Shown: one piece after another, positions 14,752 through 28,775 of the stretch | Layout: every line of letters starts with the position of its first letter | Position numbering within the stretch: position 1 is the first letter of the stretch | DNA from: Balanoglossus misakiensis | Taxonomy: Eukaryota; Animalia; Hemichordata | DNA: 64,000 bases | Direction of reading: 5' to 3' | Assembly (NCBI GenBank): GCA_040954595.2 | Contig: CM082576.2 | Location: 14,945,129-15,009,128 of the forward strand | Made by a program: the position numbers and the translations under genes | Notes under the pieces: model-generated | The model's input: only the letters and a program-made list of their open reading frames with translations | What the model was told of the DNA's origin: nothing | The model's database searches: none

Positions 14752-17700
14752 GTCGATGGGTTCTACTTAAAATCTGAGAGAACATTATTAACTTCTAGAG
14801 TACAGTAGACAACAAGCCTTGTAGAATGCAATGTAATACAAATGTACAGTCAGATCGCACGGTACTCATTAACATATGTAAATGAGGGAAAGTACTTCAA
14901 ACTGTGTGTGTTTATATGAATGTATGTACCTATGCATCTGTACGATATAGAGAGATAGGAAAGATCACCTGAGCAGCATCTGACAATCCTTAAAATATTG
15001 CCTTGTTATTGACTTAAAACTGCATTTCAAAAAGTAATTACGGATATTTCTCATATACTCTATTTCCCTTGTACTCAATCATCCCCCCAGCCCAAGTGGT
15101 GTATCCCTTTTCTACTTTAATCAACCATGAAAACATCAACCGGTGTCGTACAATGACATGGTTTAGCGTGTGTGATAGAGATATCTCATTATTAAAAGTC
15201 AAGCTTTAGAAAATGCATTATGTAGAGTGGAGACACACCAATACTAACCACCTGTTGCGCTGTTTAGTCAAAATATATACCTTGTAGCAATATTATTAGT
15301 ATTAAACAAAAATAGAATATCTAATGGTAATATGTCATAGATTTCAGAATAGGTTTTGGTAAATTATTAATCAACACTGTCCAATACAGTGGGCATGTAC
15401 AATTGATTTTGCAAACTGTCATTTTATTAATTGGTAATAACCTATGTTTCTGCTGCTCAGGTAGTAAATTGTGTGGTATCATATCTTGTGTCTGTAATCC
15501 AGTCAATCCATTGTAGCTTCAAAATTCTGCTGTAACAACAAAGCATGATCTGTTTCGTACATCATTCGATCAAGATCACTGGTCTATGTCATATTGCCTT
15601 TGTTTTTTACTCAAGAGTAGGTGTCAAAGAAATTCTCTGAGAAATTTTCTGTCATTTTTATTTTCATCTGTTGTGCTGCGTCAAAGTGGAGCTCATCAAA
15701 TCCCTAGTTCTTACATGTACTTGTCTTTGACCTTGAAGGTTCTGACCACTGATTTTTTTTCTAGCTCTGTCAGGCTGCCTCATTTCCTTAAAATCGCAAC
15801 TCCATTTTTTTGGACACACATGTACGTTGTTCAAATTGTTCTAAAAAACTGATGACATTTGGCGTTCAACCCACTTCAAGAAGTCACTGAATTAAAGCAA
15901 CTATTTTTTAGACAATTTATGTGAGACGTCATCAGAGTACTTCTCAGTCAACCATGGCACCATATTTTCAAGTTCCCACCATCTGTCATTGGTTAATGAA
16001 CAACCAAGCGTCGGTCTATTTAAAGAAGTCAATGTTTTCTTCACCAGTTCTTTGCAATAAATCTGGAGTAATTAAATTGTATATGAGACGAGTGTGTCAC
16101 ATTTTACTGCTGAGAATATGGCTGAAAATAGAATTTAATAATCAATAGTCAGATGTTAATAAACTACTGACAGTGACCTTGATATTTTAATTTTCTCACA
16201 ATTAATATGATAATCATATTTCAAATATCTTTTTTGTTTTATCATTGTGGCAATAACATTTGAAACCCACAGGTCTGGCAACACAATCTCTAATCTGCCA
16301 TCTTATGCTAACATTAGATTTTAGAAAAAACATGCAAAAGAATACTGTAAAACAGGAAATTTTCTCGACTGGAGTATTATTTTTCGCATTCTCGTATTTC
16401 ACTGCATTATTATCTTCGAAAAATATTTTTACACAACTTTTTAATTTTGGCGTTTTTTGGCTCTCGCATAGTTTGCAAAAATTTATCTTTTGCGAAAATT
16501 TCCCATTTTACAGTAGGATAGTCATTTGCCTCATTCTTGTTACTTTGGACATTTGTTATGGTAATTTTGTTCAATATTTCAACTTGAAATCATGCTTAGA
16601 TATGTACATGCTTAGATATGTATTCAATTGGGGAAAAATTACAATACATGTACAAAGGTATTCCAACATGTTATATGGAGTAGAAAGTGTAGAAAGAAAA
16701 TGAAATTGATTCAAACAACAAAATCCTGACAAAACTGTTGAAAATTGCAGTTTATCAAATGGGGCTCAGTGACATTTGGTTGATATCTGATCTGCACAGT
16801 TGATTGAGATTGGTTTAAATCACAGACAGTCATGAATTCTCAGGTATATTAATGTTATTTTTCTCTCTCACTATATTGGACTGTGTTTCGATGAAAGAAA
16901 TGTCATTCTTTAATAAAATAAGAGAACCACAGGGTGGACATTTTAATCATGTTGTACGTAGTGTGTTTGTAAAACACTGATATACCCAGATTGGCGCATA
17001 ATTGGTACTGTGATTTTACCCTGCAGATCACAACAATAAATCACCAGGCAGTATCTGTCATTTAATTGGCCATAATCACTTAGCCTTTTGTGATTTTATT
17101 TCCTGTTTATAGAAATATCTACGTTTAATTTGTATGTGATGCACAGTCGTTTTAAATCTGAATTTTTTTACGTCTTTAATTAAATCACCATAGTAATAAA
17201 ATAATGATCTCTCTTCTATTATAATCATGGATGTGTTTATGTTCAAATTCATTTGTGCCGCGCTATCATTAGATACAGCCACCTGTTTTGAGATTACTAC
17301 TGCAAAAAGTATATTTTTTTCTGTGCCATGCTGTATATTGAGGAATAAAACAAAGCAATATGATCCCCTTTTTGTTTCTTGTAAAAGAAGTATTCTCAAA
17401 TCATTCACCAATGTTCCCTAACCTTAGCAAATACACTGTCAAATACTAATCAATATTTGTGTTTTTACCATCTTATCTGGTCAATTTAATTCTTATAATG
17501 GCTTCAACGGAAAGCAGATACAATTTCACATGATAATTCAGGTGCATTACCCTGCTTGAAACTTGAGGAAATCTAATATTCAATTTTCCATTAAAATTGT
17601 TGTCTATTGATACGGCCAAGATTGACACCACGCTATCATTCAGTTTCAATTTTATGTTGTCATCATTTTTCAGTTTTTGACCTTTCACATCTAAGGGGTA

Positions 17701-20305
17701 TATATCAACAAACTTTAAATTTCTTTCTAGCATGATGATGATGATGATGATGATGACGACGACGACAATGATAATGTATAGCAACAATGTCTGCATCGCT
17801 CAGAGCATACAATGCGGTTTCTTTGTACTCTATTTTTTACCTTTAAATGTCAAGTTTCCCAGATGTAAAATTGACACAGCTGTGTTTAAGTACTGTTTTG
17901 GCCCAAGGCAGTACCATCATGATCAGTGTTTATCTTCTTGAGAATATCCAGGCTAATGTGTGACAATTCCTGCTCTTACTGAACTGATGTTGGTGGGGCC
18001 GGTACAATTCATTGCTAGAGGAATCCATTTCATGTCCAGAATGTGTTTAAGGAAAACTGGAAAAAACATTTATTGGGCCCCTGGGGAACGAAATCTCATA
18101 CTGAATCTGTATACGTAAGAAAACCATCACATCCTTCAAAAAAGTTGAAAAAAAATACTACTGGAATGACTGGAATGAGGTTAATCAGGATAAATCTGTC
18201 TGAAACCAACAGTATAGTGAAAAAAAAAACAGAAAAAAAATTGCATTGTTCTGATAACCCAACCTACCCTAATATTACCTTCAGACCCTAAACTTATTAT
18301 AAAAGCTAAACAAATATGTAAGTAAATAATAATCATAATTTACATGAAAATTAGCATAAAAAATAAAATTTAGAAAAGAAGTTTATCAGTACCACATTTT
18401 TTATCTTGAAATGTAGCTTACTTTCAACATCTTTTGATGGCACGCCAAAGTTGAAATACAGTCGGATATATTGATAAGAATATAACCATGCAAAGAAACT
18501 GTCCATTTATTAGCCTTACAATTACTCAGTAAAACTCTGTAGGGTGTCCGAATGCCATGTGGAAGGATGAATAGTCCACAATGGGACCATCCATGGAGAT
18601 ATGTAATTATACTCAAACAGTGATAGAGGATTGGGTAAGCAATATACATTCCTAGCAGTTTCCCTATAAAGTATATGAAAGTTTATTGTGCCATGCATTA
18701 CCCACCTTCTTTGTTAATGGGACAAAGTCTCTCTCTCTCGCAACCCTTTTTCCATTAAATATGTCTGATACAAGACACCGTTTACGTTATTCTACATGTG
18801 GATATAGTGAATCAACGTTCGACCACACACAACTTCCATCCCGTTTATAGGATATGAGAGTGAAAATCTCGCCAAAATGAATAAAACCGTTAACACCGAT
18901 TGTTCATTTCGGCGAGTTTTTCACTCTTGTGTCTTCTCCCTTTAACATTAGCACATAGCAGTTTCTTAATAACAAAATATGGAGTGACTGGCTCTTTCTA
19001 CAAAATAACCTTCAACGGTAAAAAATGCAGTTTAAAGATGGAAAAATAATTTTTACCATGCCTGGGTTTACAAACCTTTCTCATCTTCTTTACTACACAT
19101 ATTTTCAAAGAAATAATAACATAATGATGGCCATGATTTTTATCATTAATAGAGGAAATGGATTTTTTTCTGTGTTGTAATTTCAAAATGGTCAAGTTGG
19201 TCCTAGAGTGTTATAATCATCTAATGGTTCAAAACTGGAGTGGGACACCCACTGTCAATCCTACCAGTACTCTTTATTTATCGAGCTTTCATTTTGATCT
19301 CCTGTTTCAAAGACTGGTATTTTCACCAAGTTTATATCAGCATGCAGTTTGTAAAAGAATACTTGTGCATGTTAAATTGTTTTCATCAGAGACCTATAAC
19401 ACTCCATGTCTGAATACGCTTATTGGCCATGGCAGTAACCACCATGGCACGTGTGCACTTTGTTGAGTAAACCTATCACAGCAAGTGGCGACCCCCCGCA
19501 AAACAAATGGTCTTTCCCTATTCTCATTGTTCACCAGACGACACTGATTTTCAGCTTCACGACGCATCCCTTAGAAATAAGTCAATAAATGTGTCCTCGC
19601 TTGCTGTTTAGTATACAGTATACACTGCCTAATTTCAGAGATTTAATAAATTCGTAATAATACTGGTTTATTTTTATGCCGATAATTAATGCGCATAATG
19701 AATAAACCAATTAGCAGCAGTGTAATAAGCACGCGCCGGCCATCATTATCTGACAGTGGATGCGGGGGAGGGTTTCATCTTTCCCACAGAAACTGTTTAC
19801 CATCGTTCCGACTGCAAGGTACACTGATTTATTGACTGGTTCTGGAAATGGATAAACGCACCTGAAATTCTCGTCAATAATTGATTTCCCGCGCAGTTTT
19901 TATAGCACATAGACTGAAGCTTACCCCAACCTCATAAAATATACGATACTATATATGCGCACTGAAAATTATCTGACACATTTCAGCTGCACAGGTGACC
20001 GAACCAAAAAAAAAGAACTATGAAATCCCCGTGTGTGTCTGTTCGAAACATCAATAAATTTGATCCGACCGTCTCTAAGATTTTAAGCGATCATATTTCT
20101 AGTAATAAATATTTTGAAAGCTGGCGTGCGTGTATATCATCATCACACACTCTCAAATGCAGTAATCTAACTCCTCCGATATCGCGCATCACAATATTAA
20201 GAAATTGGAAGATGCGAAATGGATATAGAAACGATGATAGGCCTAGACACGAACATTTTCTTGATAAAGTTATTATTATGCATTATTGTATTGTTAAAAA
20301 CATAC

Positions 20306-20410
20306 CTCGTCCCATTTGATAAATTTGTTGCCTTTTATCAGGTAGTCCTTTACCACTATCGGTTTAAGTTGGCACACGCGACGAAAACCCACGGCGTTTC
20401 CACTCGCCAT
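20306..20410 (-). CDS. PLCB: Phospholipase C-beta (PLCB1-3/Plc21C-like), first coding exon; gene continues past the left edge of the window
   Basis: Minus strand reads ATG MASGNAVGFRRVCQLKPIVVKDYLIKGNKFIKWDE|gtatg. This resembles the PLC-beta N-terminus (human PLCB1 ...[23 protein letters not shown], from recall) and ends at a phase-0 GT donor. Confidence 0.85.
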
Positions 20411-23400
20411 TATTTATACGCCAACCGACTTGTTCGCGCCCTTTCTTTCTTCTTCTACGGAGAACTCGACATGGATTGACTACCTGGTACAGTATAAAAG
20501 TCGAGCTCTATTTCTTTTTGGTGATGATGACTCGATTGCAAGGGTCCACAGCTGGCCGTGTATACGTATTGATTAATTCTGCTCCTCCTGCAAGTCAGAA
20601 GATGTTACGGTGATGCGCTGAAGACTGGATCGAACCATTCACTCGAAGGGGGATAACAACTGTTTTACTAGGAAAGTATTATGCAACAGTTTGTTTTTTA
20701 TTTGCTTAGCTCAAATGGAATTATTCTTCACGCATCGATGATTTGAAAATAGCACAGATTCTGAGCAGAGGTCAAATTCAATTATACGAGAGAGGGGGTA
20801 CGGATGAGACTATTCTACTGTCCCTAAAATTTTATGCCACCACTCTCAAAGCAGTTACCAGTGATGTCGAAAAATCGTTTTAGGTTGACAGTAATTTGCA
20901 TAATTAATAACAGGCCGCTGTTACAGTACAGCAGGTAAACCGTTTGATTTCGAACCCCATAAATTATGAATAAAAACACAGAAATTATTTCCCAAGTCAT
21001 GGTCGCATGCTTTCAACTTGAACCAGTTCATCGGCTATTTACTACAATTGCAGTTTTCTTTCCGAACACCTTGAATGTAATTGATTCATGATTTAATGAT
21101 GTGTACAGATCAATTTGTCCCCTTGCTGCGACTAAATACATAGCAATCACACATCTGGCGGAAAACTGCCAACAATTACCGAGTTGTTCCATCGAAGAAG
21201 AAAAAAAAGCACTGGACTTAAAATTTTAATGTATATCAAGAACGCTATTTGATTTTTCGCCAGTTCATGTCTTGCCGATGGCTACGCTATTAACCGCATC
21301 AGTCGACGCATCATCCTTGAAATGATGGCTGGTGTACACAGTCTACGAATAGCCTTCACAGACACCAATCTTGTGTCGTGTAGGCCTACAGTGCGTGACG
21401 TGATCATTTTTGTCGGGAAATGATTTCTCGTCAAGGTAGACCCAGGGGTAGGCCTAATACATTTGTCATCATACGATACTGCAACTGGATAAATTGGGAA
21501 GGGCTTGAATCAGTCAGAATGTACCTGTTATAGTCAGTGGAGATTGTTTAATATTTGAAATCTGCGAGGAATATAGTGTCATACAATGTCCTTGTTTCGC
21601 GACAGTTAGCGACAAGTACCATGTTTCTTTCATGTTTCCTGATTAATATATACCGCGGTATCACAATTTAATATTGGAAATGAATTATGGTGAATAGCAT
21701 TCGTGCAAGCGAACTGTAGCGAACAGATGTTTAACATGGTCGACCTGGCAAATCGCGAAATACCCGCGTGATCAAAAATTAAAAAAAAAAAAAAACAAGA
21801 AAAGTGTCTCTGCGGATAGAGCATGCAGTTGATTTCTAGAGAGTGGCTCTTCAGTCACGTGTGACTTCCGAAAGCTCATTGCCAAACATTAAACGGCTAC
21901 TACATGTATCTGTAGCTTCTGGCTATTACGTGTATCAACTACATTTTCTTGTTTTCCTCCCTGTAATATCCTGTCCAGCAGTCTTCTGATTGTCAACGGG
22001 TCATGAGTATTCGTATATACGATCAGGCTATTTTTGACAAACGCGTGCAATTCCGGGCTTGAACAATCGATTTTAGCACACATGGGCTATGTTGAGAAGA
22101 TTAACGCTTAGCTGTCTCGGGAGCCGAATGAAACCATACACAGAATAAAAATATAACTGATAATACAGCCAGGAGTTAAAGATAGTGGACCTTTAATGAA
22201 TCCGTTGTATGCTCGATTATATTTTAGGGCATGATAAAGTCGATGTGCGTATGTACACTGGCAAGCTCATCACCACTTTAGGCCTATTTTGCTTGTGTTT
22301 AAACGAAAGCCTCGGCTATGTTTCATTCAAATTTGAAATAACCTCATTACAGACACGTAAATAATTCCTCTATTAAAGTTGAAGTTAAGTATACAACGAA
22401 TTAAGGCCTGCTCTCAAGAACCACCCTTCGTTTTGTATTCATTTTCGTATAATGACAAAATGACGTGCATCGTTGAGAAAGATTACGATTTATGAAGAAC
22501 GGCTACTTTATTACGCTCGATAATATAGACCATAGTTTTGTTAGGACCAGCATGGGTGCGTCGCTGAAATCATAATCAATTTTCATCTTTCTTAAAATCG
22601 AACCCCAGTACAGACCAATTGACATATGGTTACATATGTTTACGTATAATTATTGATTAGAGTATCTATTTTATATTGGAAATTGAATGGCCCCAGGAGT
22701 TATTTTTTTTGTAGAGGTTTCGAAGCTGTACGTTATAGACCCACGCCATATTGTGGGGAGCAAACCAAATAAATCACGCAATAGCAATATACATCTTTAA
22801 AAAATCCAGATACACAGTGTACATGTCTTTGTATTTAGTTTAAAACTCATGAGAAGTAGAATTCCATGCTCTTGGGTACAGCATCGCGGTCATGCCTTGG
22901 TCTTTAGGCCTAACCCAATCTCCTGATAGTTGGTTGTATTGAATCCATTTGCTAGGCGACTTTCATTCTCCTGTTAATAGAGTTCTTCTTTATAGATACC
23001 CATCATGCAGTCTCCTTCTGCTGATTCACTTAGCTCTACTAAGTTTTGCGAGTGTCCGGGCGGCTATGTTAGCCGCACGCTGAATAGCCTGTTGACAGGA
23101 CATAGTGGTGATATGAGGGCGTCGTTCAAATGGGGAGTTAGAATTGGAATTTGCCTGGCACGCAGTGGTCGTGCCATCAACGGCACACGGCCCGGGAGAT
23201 CATGTTGCGAAGCTATCATAAGGGTGCAGTTTTTAAGAGTCAGTCAGAGTAAGATTGAATGGTATTATGCGAAATGTAAAAATGCACACAAATACGCCGT
23301 AATTAAGGTGTTTCAAAGGGAAACGTGCAACACATCTTCAATGAAAAAAATATTTTGTGGAATGTTCGATGTTCAAGTCAAAAAATATCCGGAATATCGT

Positions 23401-24178
23401 AAAAGTATGATGCATTAATATCTCAAACTTGAATTATGATATCGTTAGGTATTGTAGTGAAACAAAGAGAAATGCCGAATAAAACGGTTTAATAGGTAAT
23501 TATTTTCGTAATGGTACAGAATATAAAATCAGAATAGACTTTAACATAGAAAGAGATCACTGCAGAAATAAGAAAGACTGCATGCAAAGCGACTCTTCGC
23601 CTGCTAAGATCATGTTAATCACAGGTATGCCAAAGGTTGTGATATGCGCTTGCCCACGTGATGAAACCATTGTTTATTTACTTATCTAGGGCTTCACACA
23701 CAGGGGGAGGGGTAGACGGTACTAAGATTTCACCCGGAGATTTCACTCATGTCAAATTCTCCGTAGGCGTTTGTCATTCATGTTTGTAGCTGAACTTCTT
23801 TTAAACATCTAAAATAACCACCAGCTGGTCTATATTCTTGTCAATTTCAATGGTATCTGTTCTGGTGTTAATTCTTTTTATTAAAGACCCGATCTACCAC
23901 TTTTCGCATGATTGACATGATTTTCTTTCAATTCTACCTTGGTCCATTCAAATATCCTTGCGATAGGAATTTGATGGGGACTTTGGTTTTTTTCCGACCA
24001 GATTACATGTAATAAACTATGAAATCTTGAGATCACAATCATATCCGTCGCCCTCTTAACCAAGTCGCCCCCAGCTAAACATTACTGAAGGTTACCTCAG
24101 AGATTTGGTACAAACATCGTCCAACCACGTACGTATCCAGCAGGGTATCCCCGAACTCAGACAACACGTCAAAACTGC

Positions 24179-26791
24179 ATGGTCTTTCATTCAGGAGGAA
24201 TGGCCGTTGCGGGTTCTATACACACCGACCGCGTTGCTGGAGTAACCGAGCAAGTATTTTCCTTGTTTAGGAAGCATGGTTTAAAGTCTTACATTGGCGA
24301 ACCGGTGACGCAAGAGGAACACGCTGTGCAGTGTGCGATGTTGGCTGAAAGCGAGGGTTGTTCTGAGGAGGTAATAGTAGTAGTAGTACTGTCTATAAGT
24401 AGACCCTAACCGTTATATTGACAATTGCTTCCAATCAATTCCCCTCTCCATTTCAGTATCTGCATGTATTCACACTTCTCCGTGAACAAAGGGTATAGGT
24501 CAACAGGTGGTTGTTAAGGGAGAAGGAGGATATAGATAGCTAAGGCTGCATTCACAAACACCTCTGGAGAGGGGGGGGGGGTCGGGAGAATTAATTTTTT
24601 TTTACCGCTAATTTTCACATGCCCCCTACACAACCCAAAATATTTTCAAATCCCCCCTTCCGAACTGCCAAAATTTTGAAATTCCCCCCCCCCCCCATTT
24701 TCTTTTACAGAGCAAAACACATCACCTATCAATCTTGTAAAAAAGAAAAACAGCGCTCCCATGAAAAGAATGTGAAACTGATGTTTCCCCTCATCAGTGG
24801 GTATTAAAACTGAACATTGGTTTTATTTTTTAAGTACAATGTATTTGTATTCTGTGTTGGGGGACATTGTAAACCGAGAATTGAAGGGGGTGGGTGTGGG
24901 AGGGGGTGTCCCCCTCCCACGTAAGAAACAAAACAAAAGGCAACAAAAGGAAATTTAGCTAATTGGTAGGACGATAACAGCAACACAACAACAACAACAA
25001 AACAACAACAACACATTTTAAAAATGGATTTTTGTTTTCATTTACCCCAACTGCAGCCCTGACCAAATGAATTAATTGGAGATGTAACCTTGGCGATTGC
25101 TTAAAGTGACCTTGGTGCTTAGGTTGCTGTAGTTTCAATACTTGTCACGCGTAGTCAATGGGAAAATTGCATATCAGGGAACCAGACTTGACACTAATTT
25201 AAGCACACACAATTTGGTTGGTTGGGACTTTTGAATAAAAAAATGAGGGAGGGCCTGTGATATGAAATTGTTCCCTCCTCCAAATTCTCAATGACAATAA
25301 CATACACTGAAATCTAAAATGAAACATTCTTTTTTTTTCAATTTTGCATGGTTTCTTACAAACCAGACCATTTTAGGGGCCTTGTTACATGACATTGGGC
25401 ATCTGGTTGGTGTTGATCAGGATTTGGAACTGATGGTGACTGGGGACACAGTTCTAGGATCTGTTGACCACGACAGAGTAGGAGAGAACTTCCTTCAATC
25501 TTTGGATTTTCCCGAAAATGTGACTTCAATCGTGAGAGGACATGTCACGGCCAAGAGATATTTGGTCTATAAATACAAAGAGTACTATGACCGTAAGTTG
25601 AATGATTGATTGATTGCATAGAATGTTTTGTTTTCCCCAAAGAACCAATGAACAGGCAAAGTAGATGAGACAGTTATATAAATAGAGAATTATTCTAATG
25701 TTTCAATAAAATAGGTTTCAATCCTCAGTTCTCACATGAATTCTTGTTAGACATTGAATAATCATGTAGTATAAAGCCTTTGTTTTTTTTTAAATCTTCA
25801 TCTTCGATAGAGCTGATAAAGAAGGTGGCCTGTAAGTAAAGATTAGGGACTGTCATTTCCTTCAGTCTGGGGGAGGGGGGGTCAGTCAATTGGCTTTTGT
25901 GCACACCAACAAGTGACATTAATTTGTTATGCAAACTGGTGACTACTCCAGAAGAAATTCCTGGGAATAAAACCACCTTTCATCAAACACACTAGAGGAT
26001 TAGTCTCGGTTACCCAGACCCCCCTGCTTCTTCCGTTGGGCACTCCAGAAAGAGGGTCTGGGGAAACCCCACAGACAAATCTCCGGGCAAAGATTGCCGA
26101 CTCGGGACAAAAGCGATGCATGATGGTCAACATGTATGACATACGATATTATGATATGACGATATTAGAAAACTATTTACCAAACTTCCCTTTCTCTTTT
26201 CAATTTGTAGACAGTTTCAGCAGGTCTAGCACGTCTCAGCATGTATTTTTAATGTTCGAGTCTATCTGCAACCATCATGCATCGCTTTTGTCCCGAGTCG
26301 GCCATCTTTGCCCGGAGATTTGTCTATGGGGTTTCCCCAGACCCTCTTTCTGGAGTGCCCAACGGAAGAAGCAGGGGGGTCTGGGTAACCGAGACTAACT
26401 AGAGGATAAGAAATTGACTCCTTGAAATAAACATTTCTCTGTTAATGTTTGAGCTCAGAAATATAATCCCCTAAAAGTATCTATTTTCTGAAAGCTTTTT
26501 GAACATACATATGTTTAAGCACTGTATAGGACCCCATTGTTGATATATTCTTGTGGCAACCACACAGGTCTGAGTGACGCCAGCAAGATGACCCTGGTTC
26601 ATCAAGGTGGACCTATGAGCCAATCAGAAGCAGAGGAATTTGAGACTCAGCCTCAGTTTCGAGCCATCCTTCGAATGAGAGAATGGGACGAAGCAGCCAA
26701 AGAAACATCAATCAAGATGCAACCATTACAGAAATATGAAGAAATGTGTCGAAGGGTACTGGCCAATCACTGGAAAGGGAAAATGTCATGA
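24179..26791 (+). CDS. PhnZ/TmpB-like HD-domain mixed-valent diiron oxygenase (2-amino-1-hydroxyethylphosphonate dioxygenase-like), 3 exons, ~213 aa
   Basis: Exons 24179-24370, 25367-25592 and 26568-26791 join in frame through GT-AG introns (642 nt). Motifs YIGEPVTQEEH, ALLHDIGHL, DHDRVG, GHVTAKRYL, LSDASKMTLVHQGGPM and LRMREWDEAAK are the PhnZ signature. An alternative start is the ATG at 24200. AATAAA lies at ~27118. Confidence 0.88.
26001..26397. mobile_element. TAG-ended foldback MITE with 10-bp TSD (AcademH/MULE-like) in PhnZ-like intron 2
   Basis: ACTAGAGGAT-tagtctcggttacccagacc ... ggtctgggtaaccgagacta-ACTAGAGGAT; TIRs of ~125 bp. Confidence 0.85.
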
Positions 26792-28775
26792 GTCCCAGAC
26801 AGGCGGAATGCAATTTAGGATCCCAATGTTGGGGGAAACTGTGGAAAAGTACTAATAATAACTTATTAAATTCATAATGAAACAATGAAAAGGTAATACC
26901 TCAGTCACCCTCCCTGACAAAAGTTTTGTATCTTACAACTTATGGAACAACTAGATCTCAACCAAGTTCAATCATTTACATGTCATTTTACTTCTTTTAC
27001 TGTTGATCAATTTAACCCCATTACTTATATGGAGCACTAAAAAAGCTGTAAGAAAAAACATCATGGTTATATTTACAGATACAAGATTGTGGTTTTGATA
27101 TAATTTTATATTTATATAATAAAAGATCAGTGAATGACCAAATCAATGTACTTGTCATATCTGCCTTTATTCAAGTAAACACAGAAACAAGGTACAACAC
27201 CACACCGCACCGTCAGTCACACAGACTTTTTTCAGAAATTATGTCCTTGTGTAACTGATGTAATTTAGAAATCTTTCCACCTGAAAACTAGATTTTTCCT
27301 TAAAAGTCAGAAGAGAATAAGTATAATTAACATGGGAATATTAAAAGTTGTAAAACCACGCAGACAAGCAACACCAGAACATGTAATTTCTGTTCAGAAA
27401 TGTTTTATTTTCACTTCCCATATCAATACAAGACACACAATTAAATTGCATACTAAAAGCACTCACAGATAATTTCAACAATAATTTGATATTTATACAC
27501 TTACTCGAATTTTGTACATGTTATTTCAAACAAATGGATAATGTCATGTACAATAACATTTTCAAATCAAACTGTTCATTCTGCCAAATGCAGCAAAAGT
27601 CAGGTTCAGTTAACACACTGATGTGAAGTGGCAGCAAAAACTGGAACTGCCTATGACATAAATATTATCCCTAAATTAGTATATCTTGAAATATTGCAAA
27701 ACAGGGGAAAACAGTTCAATGGTATAAAAAACATCTTGCAACAACTCAAAACAAGCTTGAAATACAACTAACTAGTAAATTTCTTACAACTCCTTTGGCT
27801 CCCACAGAAGAAGACTATAAGTCGTTGGCACCATAGACAGCATTTTACAGTATGATAAGGGGTCAAAACAAGGAATTGTGGGTAAACTTGAAAACTCAGT
27901 AATATTTAGTTCCTCCAGTCCCATCTTGATATTCTGTTGATTACATACTTTTATCAGTTACTTAGGTGGTAAAAACCTATTTATTTCCAAGAATTTTGTC
28001 ACAAAACTAGGGAGTGAAAACCTATTATTTCCCATGAATCAACAATTAATTGTCCTCCCTACACTTTTGCCCTGTCAATGGTTCCAATGAAATCTGAGAT
28101 GTATACTTTGAACTGCACTCTATTGGTAGACCACATGCATGCATGTATATATTTCTCTGCTAATATAAGTGGGTAGGAAGTGACCTGCCATATAACATCT
28201 GCTCTGTGACTATTTTAAATGCCCACAGATCTACTCCATCATGCATTTGACAATGCACGTGCAACTTAGAAGAGTAACTGTTTCAATTTGAAATTCATGG
28301 AGTGAACAGCTCCTAGCATAAATCGTGGAGCAGTAGTGTTGAAGTTCAGTATGTACATAGAACAACCTCAAAAACACTTTTTGAAACGGTTAAAACGTAC
28401 TATAAATAAAAACCCAATTTCATAAAACAATGGAAAACTTGCTACTGAGAATTGAACGTAGAAATGACTGTCAAAACCGAGTTGTCCATTTTCAAAATAA
28501 GGCAGTCTATAAATAAGACTGCAACCATAACAGAAATTCCCTCCAAACACACACTTTATTTACTCACTCTCATGTCGTCAAGACTCCCATGCACATATTC
28601 ACACCGGCACCTTTGAATGTTGTTACACAGTAAATGAAGTCGGCATAGACAGGTAGTTATAAACAGTGCATGGCACAGTTGCTCCAGTTAAATGCTGTGG
28701 CTATTTAGAGACCAGCAAATTGTAACACTAATATGTTATCTATTTTACACTGTCTGACTGCACTTGAGCCCTCCT

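Noticed and set aside
16260-16703. 147-aa hydrophobic ORF (and the 196-aa ORF at 35588-36178)
   Set aside because: Both read through the TACTGTA MITE; only a small LRPPRC exon inside the second ORF is real.
23005-23418. 137-aa ORF between PLC-beta and the PhnZ-like gene
   Set aside because: No recognisable motif or splice context; likely a chance ORF.
24179-26791. Bacterial contamination or a bacterial phn operon
   Set aside because: The gene has GT-AG introns containing host MITEs and no neighbouring phn genes.
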